Virus record (IMG/VR): IMGVR_UViG_3300025825_000008
DNA: 42,960 nt
Direction: 5' to 3' (one strand)
Source of the DNA: a virus
Shown: in pieces, positions 18,044 through 26,674 of the stretch
Numbering within the stretch: the first letter of the stretch is position 1
How the letters are laid out: every line of letters starts with the position of its first letter
Program-made: the position numbers and the translations under genes
The notes under the pieces: generated by a model
Told to the model about the DNA's origin: nothing
The model's database searches: none
The model's input: only the letters and a program-made list of their open reading frames with translations

Positions 18044-18526
18044 ATGGAAAGATTTCAATACTTTGATAATATGGTTATGATAAATAATTCATACTTTGCT
18101 AAATATAACGACTTTATTTTAGACTGTATAAGTTTAAATATAACCAGCCCGTTAACTGAAAATGATTTTATTATTTATAAACCTTTAGTTGATGGTAAAG
18201 GTGGAGTACAAAAAATTGTAAATAACAATCATTTAAAAGCAGATAATGCTAATAACATTGTTATGGATAACATTATAAATAGAGTTTATGAATTTATTAA
18301 CACTCAAAAACAAAGAGAAGTATTAACTAGAGAGTTAAAAAGAAACTCCATAGAAGTAGCTAAGCCTATAAAGCAAAAATTAAGAGAAGCATACGTTAGT
18401 TCTTGGCCTTATGACGAGCAAATTGAAGCATTAAGAGATGCTTTAAATGGCGATAGTACTAAATTAAATAAAATGAATCAAGATTTTGCGGCTGTAAAAG
18501 CAAAAATTAAGAGAAGCATACGTTAG
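18044..18526 (+). CDS. Hypothetical tail-module protein, C-terminus altered by a 127-bp tandem duplication
   Basis: 160 aa as read. The second repeat copy shifts the frame (127 mod 3 = 1) and gives ...AAVKAKIKRSIR*. Collapsing the duplication would give ...AAVKAQIIANNGGN* ending at 18659, directly before the next RBS. Confidence 0.5.
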   Translation: MERFQYFDNMVMINNSYFAKYNDFILDCISLNITSPLTENDFIIYKPLVDGKGGVQKIVNNNHLKADNANNIVMDNIINRVYEFINTQKQREVLTRELKRNSIEVAKPIKQKLREAYVSSWPYDEQIEALRDALNGDSTKLNKMNQDFAAVKAKIKRSIR

Positions 18527-18629
18527 TTCTTGGCCTTATGACGAGCAAATTGAAGCATTAAGAGATGCTTTAAATGGCAATAGTACTAAATTAAATAAAA
18601 TGAATCAAGATTTTGCGGCTGTAAAAGCA
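18370..18629. repeat. Tandem duplication, period 127 bp, 2.05 copies, one mismatch
   Basis: 18370..18502 equals 18497..18629 except G18452 versus A18579. Aligned by eye, base by base. Confidence 0.95.
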
Positions 18630-18661
18630 CAAATAATAGCTAATAACGGAGGAAACTAATT

Positions 18662-18994
18662 ATGGCAGTGGTAAATTATAAAACTATAACAAATCATCCA
18701 GACTATAAAAAAATACAGTGGTCTGGTTTAAATAGCGGTGATGAAGGAAATGTGGCTAATTTTGCTGATTTTCCTGATAAAACTGTACAAATAGAAGGTA
18801 CTATTAACGATGCGGTTACTTTAGAAGGTACAAATGATTCTACTTTTAATGTCTGCACAGATAGCCGAGGTAATCAAATATCTTTAACTTCAGCCGGCTC
18901 AAGACTAGTAGCTGAAAATTTTGAGGGTATTAAGCCTGTGGTAGCTGCAGGAACTTCATCAGGTGTTAAAATAACCATAACAATGGCGAAATAA
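18662..18994 (+). CDS. Hypothetical protein (110 aa)
   Basis: Strong RBS GGAGGA. Beta-rich. Stop overlaps the next ATG. Confidence 0.55.
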   Translation: MAVVNYKTITNHPDYKKIQWSGLNSGDEGNVANFADFPDKTVQIEGTINDAVTLEGTNDSTFNVCTDSRGNQISLTSAGSRLVAENFEGIKPVVAAGTSSGVKITITMAK

Positions 18995-19812
18995 TGAGTA
19001 AACGACGTAGAAGAATACTCTTAGGAGTATCAGGAGTAAAACCACTAAATAAAATTGTTAGTGGATGTGAATTAGATATAGACGCTACAGTTTATGATAG
19101 TTATACAGGTGTAGGAGAAAACGTATTAAATATTGAGCCAAATCCTGCTTCGGGGTCTGCTCAATCTGCGCATGACATGTATTTGGGGGCTTCTGCAACT
19201 ACTGACGGAGATGAACCAACTTTTAATGGAATTGCAGGGGATGCGGCAGCATATTTTAGTTTTGATGGTGGAGACCAACTGTTAGCTCAATCTGCTATGA
19301 ACAACTTTTTAGGTAGTCTCCATAAAACAACTGGAGGTAGTGATTTTACTTTTTTATTTACTTTGTACTATATAAGCGCAACACAAGCTCTTATAAATAC
19401 TAAAAATACTAACGGTATTAATCAAGGTGTAGACCTATATAGTTTATCTAATACGAATAAACTATATATGAGTCAAGGCAACGGTTCTACTAATCCCGCG
19501 GCAGTATCAACAAATACTTTTAATGCTTCTGCTTGGAATTTTGCTGCAGTAGCGCATAAACACAGTACTAATGAAACTACATTTTGGCTTAATGATGCAA
19601 CAGGTGAAACTGTTTCACACGCTTTTGGTACTACAACAACTGATGCTTCAGGCGCAGGTTTATCTTTTGGTGCTTACGCTAATGGAACTTTTAACTTAGC
19701 CAATGGTTCTAGGATGAAATCATTAGCTTGTTTTAATAAAGTTTTAACTGATGAAGAAATGGATTTGGTAAAAGCTCAATACATGGTTCGTCATAATCAA
19801 TCTTATATATAG
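18994..19812 (+). CDS. LamG/concanavalin-A-like lectin domain protein
   Basis: 272 aa. AAYFSFDGGDQL...FTFLFTLYY...WNFAAVAHKHSTNETTFWLNDATGE...NGSRMKSLACFNKVLTDEEMDLV follows the Laminin_G_3 pattern (FDG..., W..vA, ...LtdeEi). Confidence 0.55.
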   Translation: MSKRRRRILLGVSGVKPLNKIVSGCELDIDATVYDSYTGVGENVLNIEPNPASGSAQSAHDMYLGASATTDGDEPTFNGIAGDAAAYFSFDGGDQLLAQSAMNNFLGSLHKTTGGSDFTFLFTLYYISATQALINTKNTNGINQGVDLYSLSNTNKLYMSQGNGSTNPAAVSTNTFNASAWNFAAVAHKHSTNETTFWLNDATGETVSHAFGTTTTDASGAGLSFGAYANGTFNLANGSRMKSLACFNKVLTDEEMDLVKAQYMVRHNQSYI

Positions 19813-19820
19813 GTAATAAA

Positions 19821-20510
19821 ATGGAAGTAGCTTTTGATAATGGTAATATGTCTGGTATCGCTGTCATAGCCGATGGCACAGATAAAAAAGAAACGGTAAT
19901 AATTTTACATGGCTTTGGTGGTCAAGCATCAACTATAAAAAATCAACTACCAATGTATAATTATTATTCAGATGTTAATTATATATATTTTACTGCACCT
20001 TTAAGAAATGGCGTTAGATATTGGGAGATGGCTACAAATAACGACGCTAATGAAATTATGGCTACAATATTAGAATTAGCTCAACTATATCCAATAGATA
20101 TTAACAAATTAAAACTTATAGGACACTCTAATGGAGGTTTAAAAAGTCATAAGATAATTAAATTGTTTAAAAATAGTATTAAAGGCGCGATTATTTTATG
20201 TGCAGGTAAACCTGATGATATAGCTCCAGACTATGATAAATGTATAATTAGTTTTTTTGGTGGTTCCGATACTACTATAAATATTGATGGTGGTACAACC
20301 AATAGCGGCATGACTTATAATAGTGCTGATGCTACAGGTAAAGCTTATTTAGCTGGAGGCGCCCAAATAGTTAATGAGGTGTATTGGAATTCTCCTCATA
20401 ATTTAACTATTACAGACCCTGCTACTCAAACAACTAGTTTAGCGGTAGAAATGGCTTCGTATGGCATAGATATGGTAAAATATTTTGCGGATAAGTTAAA
20501 AAATATGTAG
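19821..20510 (+). CDS. Alpha/beta-hydrolase (serine esterase) family protein
   Basis: 229 aa. VIILHGFGGQ oxyanion-region motif and nucleophile elbow LIGHSNGG (GxSxG). Confidence 0.6.
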   Translation: MEVAFDNGNMSGIAVIADGTDKKETVIILHGFGGQASTIKNQLPMYNYYSDVNYIYFTAPLRNGVRYWEMATNNDANEIMATILELAQLYPIDINKLKLIGHSNGGLKSHKIIKLFKNSIKGAIILCAGKPDDIAPDYDKCIISFFGGSDTTINIDGGTTNSGMTYNSADATGKAYLAGGAQIVNEVYWNSPHNLTITDPATQTTSLAVEMASYGIDMVKYFADKLKNM

Positions 20511-20517
20511 GTTTATT

Positions 20518-20844
20518 ATGGCTAGTGCTTTTAAGTTAACTTTTTCAATGGGTAACGTTGTGACTATAATTTGCGGGGTTATTTTTGCTTTAGGGTTAGT
20601 TACAACTCTGCAAATAAACCAAACTAAAATGGAAGAAAGGCATACAGCATTATCTGTTAAAGTGAGCAAAAATGAAAAGTCTTTAGAAATTCTAACCGAC
20701 CTACGTATAGCGTTAAGAGATGTTGCTCAAGCGCAAAATTACCATGGTAAAAGATTAGAAGATATAATGCAAATGATTATAAAAGAAACAAAAGAGAGTG
20801 AAAATGCCTCTATTCAGCAAAAAAAGCAAGAAAAATTTAATTGA
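20518..20844 (+). CDS. N-terminally membrane-anchored coiled-coil protein (holin- or i-spanin-like)
   Basis: 108 aa. A single TM segment, VVTIICGVIFALGLVTTL, then a charged helical region. Directly upstream of and overlapping the endolysin gene. Confidence 0.45.
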   Translation: MASAFKLTFSMGNVVTIICGVIFALGLVTTLQINQTKMEERHTALSVKVSKNEKSLEILTDLRIALRDVAQAQNYHGKRLEDIMQMIIKETKESENASIQQKKQEKFN

Positions 20845-21184
20845 TACAGATTATAGGTTAGTTAATATAGCTTACAAAGCTATAGAAATAATAGACTTTT
20901 CTGTTATTGAAGGTTATAGGAGTGAGACTAAACAGAATAAACTTTTTAAAGAAGGTTTTACAAAAGCTCAATTTCCTCTTTCCCCTCATAATAAAAAACC
21001 TTCAAGAGCTATTGATTTATTACCTTATCCTTTCCAAGGTTGGGAAAATAAAGAGCAATTTTTTTTACTAGCAGGAGTTATAAAAGCTATTGCTCATGAA
21101 CAAAACATAGGTATACGTTGGGGAGGAGAGTTTAAATCTTTCTTTGACGGTCCTCACTTTGAATTATTAATTACGGAGGTTTAA
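20804..21184 (+). CDS. Peptidase M15 (VanY/L-alanyl-D-glutamate peptidase-type) endolysin
   Basis: EGYRSETKQNKLF...SPHNKKPSRAIDLLPYP...WGGEF...DGPHFEL gives the H...D...H zinc-ligand pattern of M15 cell-wall peptidases. Start moved from the track GTG (20798) to the ATG at 20804, which has a GAGAG RBS. Confidence 0.8.
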   Translation: MPLFSKKSKKNLIDTDYRLVNIAYKAIEIIDFSVIEGYRSETKQNKLFKEGFTKAQFPLSPHNKKPSRAIDLLPYPFQGWENKEQFFLLAGVIKAIAHEQNIGIRWGGEFKSFFDGPHFELLITEV

Positions 21185-21760
21185 ATGTACGAAATGATTA
21201 GAAATAGAATGAAGTTTGGTGATGTTATATCTTTTAGCGGTAAAGGAGATATTTCTAACTTAATTAAGTGGAAAACTAATAGTGATATATCTCATGTTGG
21301 TATAGTGTTAGATACAGAACTTATTCAAGGTAAAAAACGTATTGTGTTAGTTGAAAGTACTTCACTAGTTAATTTACCTGATTTAAGAACCAAAGAAATT
21401 TGGAAAGGCGTTCAAATACATCATTTATCGCAACGATTAGATAACTACAATGGTCAAGCATACTATCATGAGTTACAAGCAGATTTATCTGAAGATTGTA
21501 TAAATAATATGAAAGATTGGTTATTTGATGTGCACGGTAGTAAAACACCATATGACTCTGCTCAAGCCTTAGGTTCAGCTATAGATATATTTGACAATTT
21601 AGGTTTAGCTAACAAACCAGATTTTAGCTCTTTATTTTGTTCTGAAATGGTAGCTAAAGTATTCAACATTGCAGGATTAACTAAGGTTAATCCAAGCGAA
21701 CAAACACCAGCAGATGTTGTTAAATATAACTTTTTAAGTGAAAGAATACAAATCAAATAA
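21185..21760 (+). CDS. Permuted papain-fold (YiiX/C92, NlpC/P60-superfamily) peptidase
   Basis: 191 aa. FGDVISFSG...SDISHVGIVLD (His first) and a late FCSEMVAKVF (Cys), the circularly permuted order of YaeF/YiiX-type amidases. RBS GGAGG. Confidence 0.6.
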   Translation: MYEMIRNRMKFGDVISFSGKGDISNLIKWKTNSDISHVGIVLDTELIQGKKRIVLVESTSLVNLPDLRTKEIWKGVQIHHLSQRLDNYNGQAYYHELQADLSEDCINNMKDWLFDVHGSKTPYDSAQALGSAIDIFDNLGLANKPDFSSLFCSEMVAKVFNIAGLTKVNPSEQTPADVVKYNFLSERIQIK

Positions 21761-21793
21761 ATTTTAAAATTAAAGATTGTATAAACGTCCATA

Positions 21794-21848
21794 GAACAAC
21801 GATTTAAATTTTATGTATGAAACAATATAAAATTTAAAATCGTTGTTC
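21794..21848. terminator. Bidirectional terminator at the convergence of the two arms
   Basis: GAACAACGATTTAAATTTTA - 14-nt loop - TAAAATTTAAAATCGTTGTTC, a ~20-bp stem with one bulged T. Lies between the last plus gene (stop 21760) and the last minus gene (stop 21873). Confidence 0.6.
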
Positions 21849-21872
21849 ACGGATTAAACATATTGAATTATG

Positions 21873-22184
21873 TTATAAATTAAATTTCATTTTAAAGTCA
21901 TATTTAATAGGTTTTTCACGGTTATTAATTATATTTCGTAATTGCTCAGTAGAACGTATAAAATAAGCTTTTCCGCCTGCGTCTATACAAAGGTTAATTT
22001 TTTCTTTCTGTAGTTCACTAGGTTGGTCATTTTTCCACTTTATTTCAAAACCATAAAATTCACCATAAATACAAGCAACTAGGTCCATATTACCAGCTTT
22101 ACTAGCAGCTATGATATTAATTACATATGCATTAAACTCTTCTTCAAGAATTTTTACGCATTTAGGTTGTAAAGGATTAGCCAT
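21873..22184 (-). CDS. VRR-NUC / PD-(D/E)xK nuclease (Holliday-junction-resolvase-like)
   Basis: 103 aa. GNMDLVACIYGEFYGFEIKWKNDQPSELQKEKINLCIDAGGKAYFIRS contains the D...E-x-K core and the S..Q helix of VRR-NUC domains. Confidence 0.6.
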   Translation of the reverse strand: MANPLQPKCVKILEEEFNAYVINIIAASKAGNMDLVACIYGEFYGFEIKWKNDQPSELQKEKINLCIDAGGKAYFIRSTEQLRNIINNREKPIKYDFKMKFNL

Positions 22185-22471
22185 TATAGCTCCAATAATA
22201 ATTTAGTTCTTTCAGTTTTTTCTTTTAAACCATTATCTAAAAATGAGCTAGCAATTTCTATTGCCTTTACTATAGCTAAATAGATTGCTTCTTTAGGGTT
22301 AGAATTTCTAAATCCGCTATGCGCTTCTAAAGAGATACTTTTTATAGTAATAAATTCTATATTACAACTATATGTACCATCGTCACTTGTGTATAACCGA
22401 ACGAAGCCGTAATTTCTAGCTTCAAACCACAACTCTTCCATTGTTAAAGGCGGTAAAATTAACTTACTCAT
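22184..22471 (-). CDS. Hypothetical protein (95 aa)
   Basis: Coupled at both ends by TAATG overlaps. No motif recognised. Confidence 0.55.
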   Translation of the reverse strand: MSKLILPPLTMEELWFEARNYGFVRLYTSDDGTYSCNIEFITIKSISLEAHSGFRNSNPKEAIYLAIVKAIEIASSFLDNGLKEKTERTKLLLEL

Positions 22472-22623
22472 TATTCAACTCCTATTATAGATATAATATT
22501 ATTAACTTTAGGTACAAGAAAAGGTATTTTTTCTAAAACTTCTTTCATAGTATACCCATCAAATACCAAAGTATCTTTTTTATCATACGCAATTAAATAA
22601 GTAACAAGAATGCGATTTATCAT
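22471..22623 (-). CDS. Small hypothetical protein (50 aa, not in ORF track)
   Basis: MINRILVTYLIAYDKKDTLVFDGYTMKEVLEKIPFLVPKVNNIISIIGVE. TAATG overlaps at both ends, RBS AAAGGA, and it fills the whole gap. Confidence 0.45.
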   Translation of the reverse strand: MINRILVTYLIAYDKKDTLVFDGYTMKEVLEKIPFLVPKVNNIISIIGVE

Positions 22624-23855
22624 TAGCTTTTGTCCTTTCTTACAGTTACATAACGAGGTAGAAACAAACTATAATTACCTTCTTTGTTTTCTATAATTTT
22701 ATTGTAATCAATTTCAATATACTTACCAATAAAATATTGAGGGTCCATATTACGTAATTCATCAGTTAAACCTGAACCAACCTTAGTTACAACTTTTTTA
22801 TCTCCTATAGAACCTTTGCACTCTAAAGCACCTATTAAACCTTCAAACCTACCTTCACCTTTTGTATAATTAACACAAAATAAATCACAGGTATTGGTAG
22901 CTTTCATTTTAATCCATGTTTTATTTTTGCGATAAGTATATTTATGGTATAAAGATTTTAAAATTAAACCTTCATAACCTTTTTTAATTAAATCGTCATA
23001 TATATTAGTTAATTCTTCTTTATTTTCAACTAGGTAAGTTTCAGCATGTTTTAATTGAAAATGCTTTCTAGGTATGATATTCCATATTGCTTGTAATCTA
23101 GCATGATAAGAGTTTGAACATAGTTCTTGTTCAAACTCTTCCAAAGGTAGTAAATCAAATATATGATATTGTATATTTTTGTTATTTGGTAAAGGTGCAC
23201 CAGTTTTAATTGACGAGTTTATTAACCCGCTAATTTTAGTATGGTCCTCGTTTTGGCTATCTCCAAATGTTAGCTCTCCGTCTAAAACTATTCTTTTTGC
23301 ACCTATATAAGGTATAGATAATAAATTAATTTCCAGTTCTGGAAAATTGAATTCATGCCCGCCTCTAGACTTAAAAATAACTTTACCTTTATCTAATATA
23401 GTAATAACCCTTGAACCGTTATATTTTAACTGAGCTTGTATGGGAAAAGATATTTTATCTATATCTTCTTCCTTAGCTAATTGTATGTTAAACTTATTAA
23501 TAAAAGTTTTACCAAAGACTTTATTTAAAGTTGTAGTAGACACACCACAAGCTAAATCTTTATTACATATTAGCTTTATTAAGTCTCCATTTTCTTTTGC
23601 AAATTCTTCAACAGTTATTCTAGCAGCATTGCCACTTAGTTTATTTGAAGCTAAGTTATGTAATATTTCCATTAAATCTGTTGTAAAAATACCTAAGCTA
23701 TCCATATCAATATGAGTAAAATGAAGTCTATATACTTTATAAGGATTATACGCCCATTGAAACATTAATTTATCGTTTTCAGTAGCTTCTGTTTTTAGTA
23801 CGCGCTGCTTATCAATAGTTGATGTGTGCAATCTTAATCTATTTATTATACTCAT
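22623..23855 (-). CDS. ATP-dependent DNA ligase
   Basis: 410 aa. Adenylation motif I variant LKYNGSR (KxDG-type), motif IV EGLILKS, motif V KTWIKMK, and a C-terminal OB-like region. Confidence 0.85.
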   Translation of the reverse strand: MSIINRLRLHTSTIDKQRVLKTEATENDKLMFQWAYNPYKVYRLHFTHIDMDSLGIFTTDLMEILHNLASNKLSGNAARITVEEFAKENGDLIKLICNKDLACGVSTTTLNKVFGKTFINKFNIQLAKEEDIDKISFPIQAQLKYNGSRVITILDKGKVIFKSRGGHEFNFPELEINLLSIPYIGAKRIVLDGELTFGDSQNEDHTKISGLINSSIKTGAPLPNNKNIQYHIFDLLPLEEFEQELCSNSYHARLQAIWNIIPRKHFQLKHAETYLVENKEELTNIYDDLIKKGYEGLILKSLYHKYTYRKNKTWIKMKATNTCDLFCVNYTKGEGRFEGLIGALECKGSIGDKKVVTKVGSGLTDELRNMDPQYFIGKYIEIDYNKIIENKEGNYSLFLPRYVTVRKDKS

Positions 23856-25093
23856 TATATTACCTCAAATACAGTGTCAACAAAATTTTCTTTATTCACA
23901 GATACAGTTTTATACGCTTTAGCACTTGCTGCGCCTTTAACCAATAAATAATTAACATTTATTTCTTCTTTACGATTCATATTAGCTTGCCTGGCTCTAC
24001 GTTGTGTATGTTGAGCAGTAGAGTGATTTTGAGTATAAATAACTAGGTCTTTATATGTGGACAAATCTACACCTTCAGCATTAGTTTGTGCGTGTAGTAT
24101 AGTAGCATTTTTAAAATACTTTTCTAACTTTATTTTATCCGCTTTAAAATAGTACATTATAACTAAATTTTTTGAATCTCCCCACTTATTTAGTATAAAG
24201 TCTACTTTTTCATTAAAACCTAAATTAAGGTACTCATCTCCTACTTTAAGTACTCCACCTTCTAGCATATGTAATGTAGCTCTAAGCTTAGCTGGTGTGT
24301 CACAAACTAAAGTATAGTCTTTACTAGTTTCAGCATGTGAAAAATGTAAAACTTTCTTAGTTACAATAGTATTGTATATATCTTTTAAATTTTTAGACAA
24401 AGTTATATAATGTAGTACATCATTAGGCTCATGCTCAAAACCTAATTCTTCTCTAGTGTAGCTAATAAATAAATGTTTACAGTCTGATTTTACCTTATTG
24501 TGATTTACTTTTGTATAGTCCACAATAGATTCACTAGCGGTTATCTTTTTTGTAAACAATTCACCGTTAGCTTTTCTAACGGAATAATCTCTATACCAGT
24601 CATAAAAGTTACTATAACGTTTCCAAGGACTCCATTTACTTAAAGCAAACTGATGAAAAAGCATTTGTGTGCCTTGAGCGTAAGGAGTAGCTGAACAGTA
24701 TATAATTGGTTTATTAAGGGTAAAATTTTTTACTTTTTGCCATATTATAGAAGTTTTAGGATAACCAGAGATGAATTTATGTGATTCGTCTAGAATTACC
24801 AAATCAACCTTACCAGATATTTTATGCACACTTTCATAGTTTATACAAGTATATATATTAGTGTGAGGATGTTTTTCTAAAGTTTCAAACCAACCATTTA
24901 AAGCTTTCTTAGTTGTAATAATTAAAACGTTACTTACATTATTACAAGCTTCAGTTATACGGATAGCAGTAATAGATTTTCCTGTACGCTCCTCCATAGC
25001 TAAATAAACCATTAAATGCTTTTTTAATATTGGTAAAGCTTCTGATGCTATTTTTAGTTGATGTTGTTTTGCATACCATATTTCTTTAGTCAT
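23855..25093 (-). CDS. SF2 (DEAD/DEAH-box, SNF2-related) helicase
   Basis: 412 aa. Motif I MEERTGKS, motif II VILDESHKF, motif III CSATP, motif VI-like QHTQRRARQ. Confidence 0.75.
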   Translation of the reverse strand: MTKEIWYAKQHQLKIASEALPILKKHLMVYLAMEERTGKSITAIRITEACNNVSNVLIITTKKALNGWFETLEKHPHTNIYTCINYESVHKISGKVDLVILDESHKFISGYPKTSIIWQKVKNFTLNKPIIYCSATPYAQGTQMLFHQFALSKWSPWKRYSNFYDWYRDYSVRKANGELFTKKITASESIVDYTKVNHNKVKSDCKHLFISYTREELGFEHEPNDVLHYITLSKNLKDIYNTIVTKKVLHFSHAETSKDYTLVCDTPAKLRATLHMLEGGVLKVGDEYLNLGFNEKVDFILNKWGDSKNLVIMYYFKADKIKLEKYFKNATILHAQTNAEGVDLSTYKDLVIYTQNHSTAQHTQRRARQANMNRKEEINVNYLLVKGAASAKAYKTVSVNKENFVDTVFEVI

Positions 25094-25116
25094 TACTACT
25101 ATCCGTATATTTTAGC

Positions 25117-25977
25117 TTATAGTGCTACTTCTAACTTTTCTTCTTCATCAAAGTCAATAAAACCATCTGGGTATTCTTCAAACGCATGAAGTTTTTCTGT
25201 ATATATTCTTGTAAAGTTTAACGGTACATTTTTAACCATCTCAACAAGCGCTCTTTGCTCTAAGAAATAACCCATATAATCTGCGCCTATAACTTTTTTA
25301 TATGTATCAAGAGCATCACTTAAAGCAGATTCTGCTTTAGTTATGTGGGCCTCAGCTGTTTTAATACCAAATCTAGGTAAACCAGGAATGTTATCACTAG
25401 TATCACCCATCAATACTTGACGATATAAAGTTATTTCAGCATCTTCAGGTGTAACCTCAATCCATTCTTCTTTTACATAGTTATAATGTAAACCAGGTAT
25501 TTGTAGTATGTCCTTATCTATGCCGCAATGAATAGATTCATAAAAAGTCATATCAGTAGCTATAGCGTCATCAGCTTCATAACCATCAACAACTATAGCA
25601 TTTTTATGCTCAATCAAATAGTCATAAATATGGTTTAAAAATTGAGGACGTTTCATATTAGCTCTATTACCTTTATAAGGTTTAGTTTTAGCTATATCAT
25701 ATCTAAAGTTCTGCTTTTTAGCAGGATATTTAGTTCCATCGGATTTACCAGATAAATAAATACGCATTTTATTTACACCTGTATTCTCCATAATTTGCGA
25801 TATAGTTGTATTAACTATATCGTAACCTGCGCCTTCCCAATGGTCTTCAACTACACAAGCTGTTCTATAGGCGATAATATCACCGTCAACAGCTAATATA
25901 GCTTTATCTCCAAGGTCTTCAACTTGTTTTTTAATCCTTAGTTGTTTAATAGTGTCCATAATTTTACTCTTGGTCAT
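25117..25977 (-). CDS. 5'-3' exonuclease / flap endonuclease (FEN, PIN-like + H3TH)
   Basis: 286 aa. AVDGDIIAYR, GYEADDAIA and LMGDTSDNIPGLPRFGIKTA (H3TH). An alternative start at Met7 (25959) would remove the 14-nt overlap. Confidence 0.85.
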   Translation of the reverse strand: MTKSKIMDTIKQLRIKKQVEDLGDKAILAVDGDIIAYRTACVVEDHWEGAGYDIVNTTISQIMENTGVNKMRIYLSGKSDGTKYPAKKQNFRYDIAKTKPYKGNRANMKRPQFLNHIYDYLIEHKNAIVVDGYEADDAIATDMTFYESIHCGIDKDILQIPGLHYNYVKEEWIEVTPEDAEITLYRQVLMGDTSDNIPGLPRFGIKTAEAHITKAESALSDALDTYKKVIGADYMGYFLEQRALVEMVKNVPLNFTRIYTEKLHAFEEYPDGFIDFDEEEKLEVAL

Positions 25978-26674
25978 TAAGTTTAATTTTAGGTAAATGT
26001 TTTAGTTCAATTAAAAAAGATACGTTAGCTGCCATATGGTCAAGATGATTTAACCTAGATTCAGGGTCATTATCTTCACCACTACGCCAAGCGTCAAAGT
26101 GACGTTGTAGCGCATTAATATAACATTCTATATTATCAGTTTTACGCCAATTATTTGGCTTATACTTTTTAGCCCCATAGGTTAAAGCGCGTGCTGCTGC
26201 TAAACCTAATGAAGGAGGTACTAAAGTCATACGAGGTTTTTCTTTATCAAATTTCATAAAGCTCTCAACAACTTCAAAAGATATATTATGCTCTTCTAAC
26301 TCTTTTTTGCAGCTATCACAAGGATAATGAGAAATATACATTTTTAGCTCTGAGTAATTTCTATACTTTTTTTCTTTATGTAATAAATTATTTATACAAT
26401 GTATTTCAGCATGAATAACTTCAGCTTTTGTTGTACCGTCAGGTAACTCACATATTTCACCATCAGTGTGATTATTCCAACCAGAAGCAAACTCTATAAA
26501 ATCTGTGGGTGTTTCTTGAACTATTATTGCACCAACTTTACGCTTTTTACATGGTGATTTATTAGCAACCTCAATAACACGTTTACTAATCTTTTTTAAC
26601 CTTTCTTGTCTTTTATAATATTCTTTTTTCATTTTAATTTCCTTTGATAGTTGAATTTCAACAGGTGCAAACAT
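25964..26674 (-). CDS. dCMP/cytidine deaminase domain fused to a DUF5664-like (MazG-associated) C-terminal domain
   Basis: Zinc deaminase motifs VIHAEIHC and HYPCDSCKK. The C-terminal ~95 aa is KPRMTLVPPSLGLAAARALTYGAKKY..NW...RHFDAWRSGEDNDPESRLNHLDHMAANVSFL. Met15 (RBS AAGGAA) is an alternative start. Confidence 0.7.
   Translation of the reverse strand: MFAPVEIQLSKEIKMKKEYYKRQERLKKISKRVIEVANKSPCKKRKVGAIIVQETPTDFIEFASGWNNHTDGEICELPDGTTKAEVIHAEIHCINNLLHKEKKYRNYSELKMYISHYPCDSCKKELEEHNISFEVVESFMKFDKEKPRMTLVPPSLGLAAARALTYGAKKYKPNNWRKTDNIECYINALQRHFDAWRSGEDNDPESRLNHLDHMAANVSFLIELKHLPKIKLNDQE

Noticed and set aside
18370-18629. Possible diversity-generating retroelement TR/VR pair (two ~130-bp copies differing at an A/G position) in the tail module.
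   Set aside because: The copies are directly tandem with only one mismatch. No reverse transcriptase or accessory gene exists in the genome. The second copy is out of frame. A duplication or assembly artefact explains it better.
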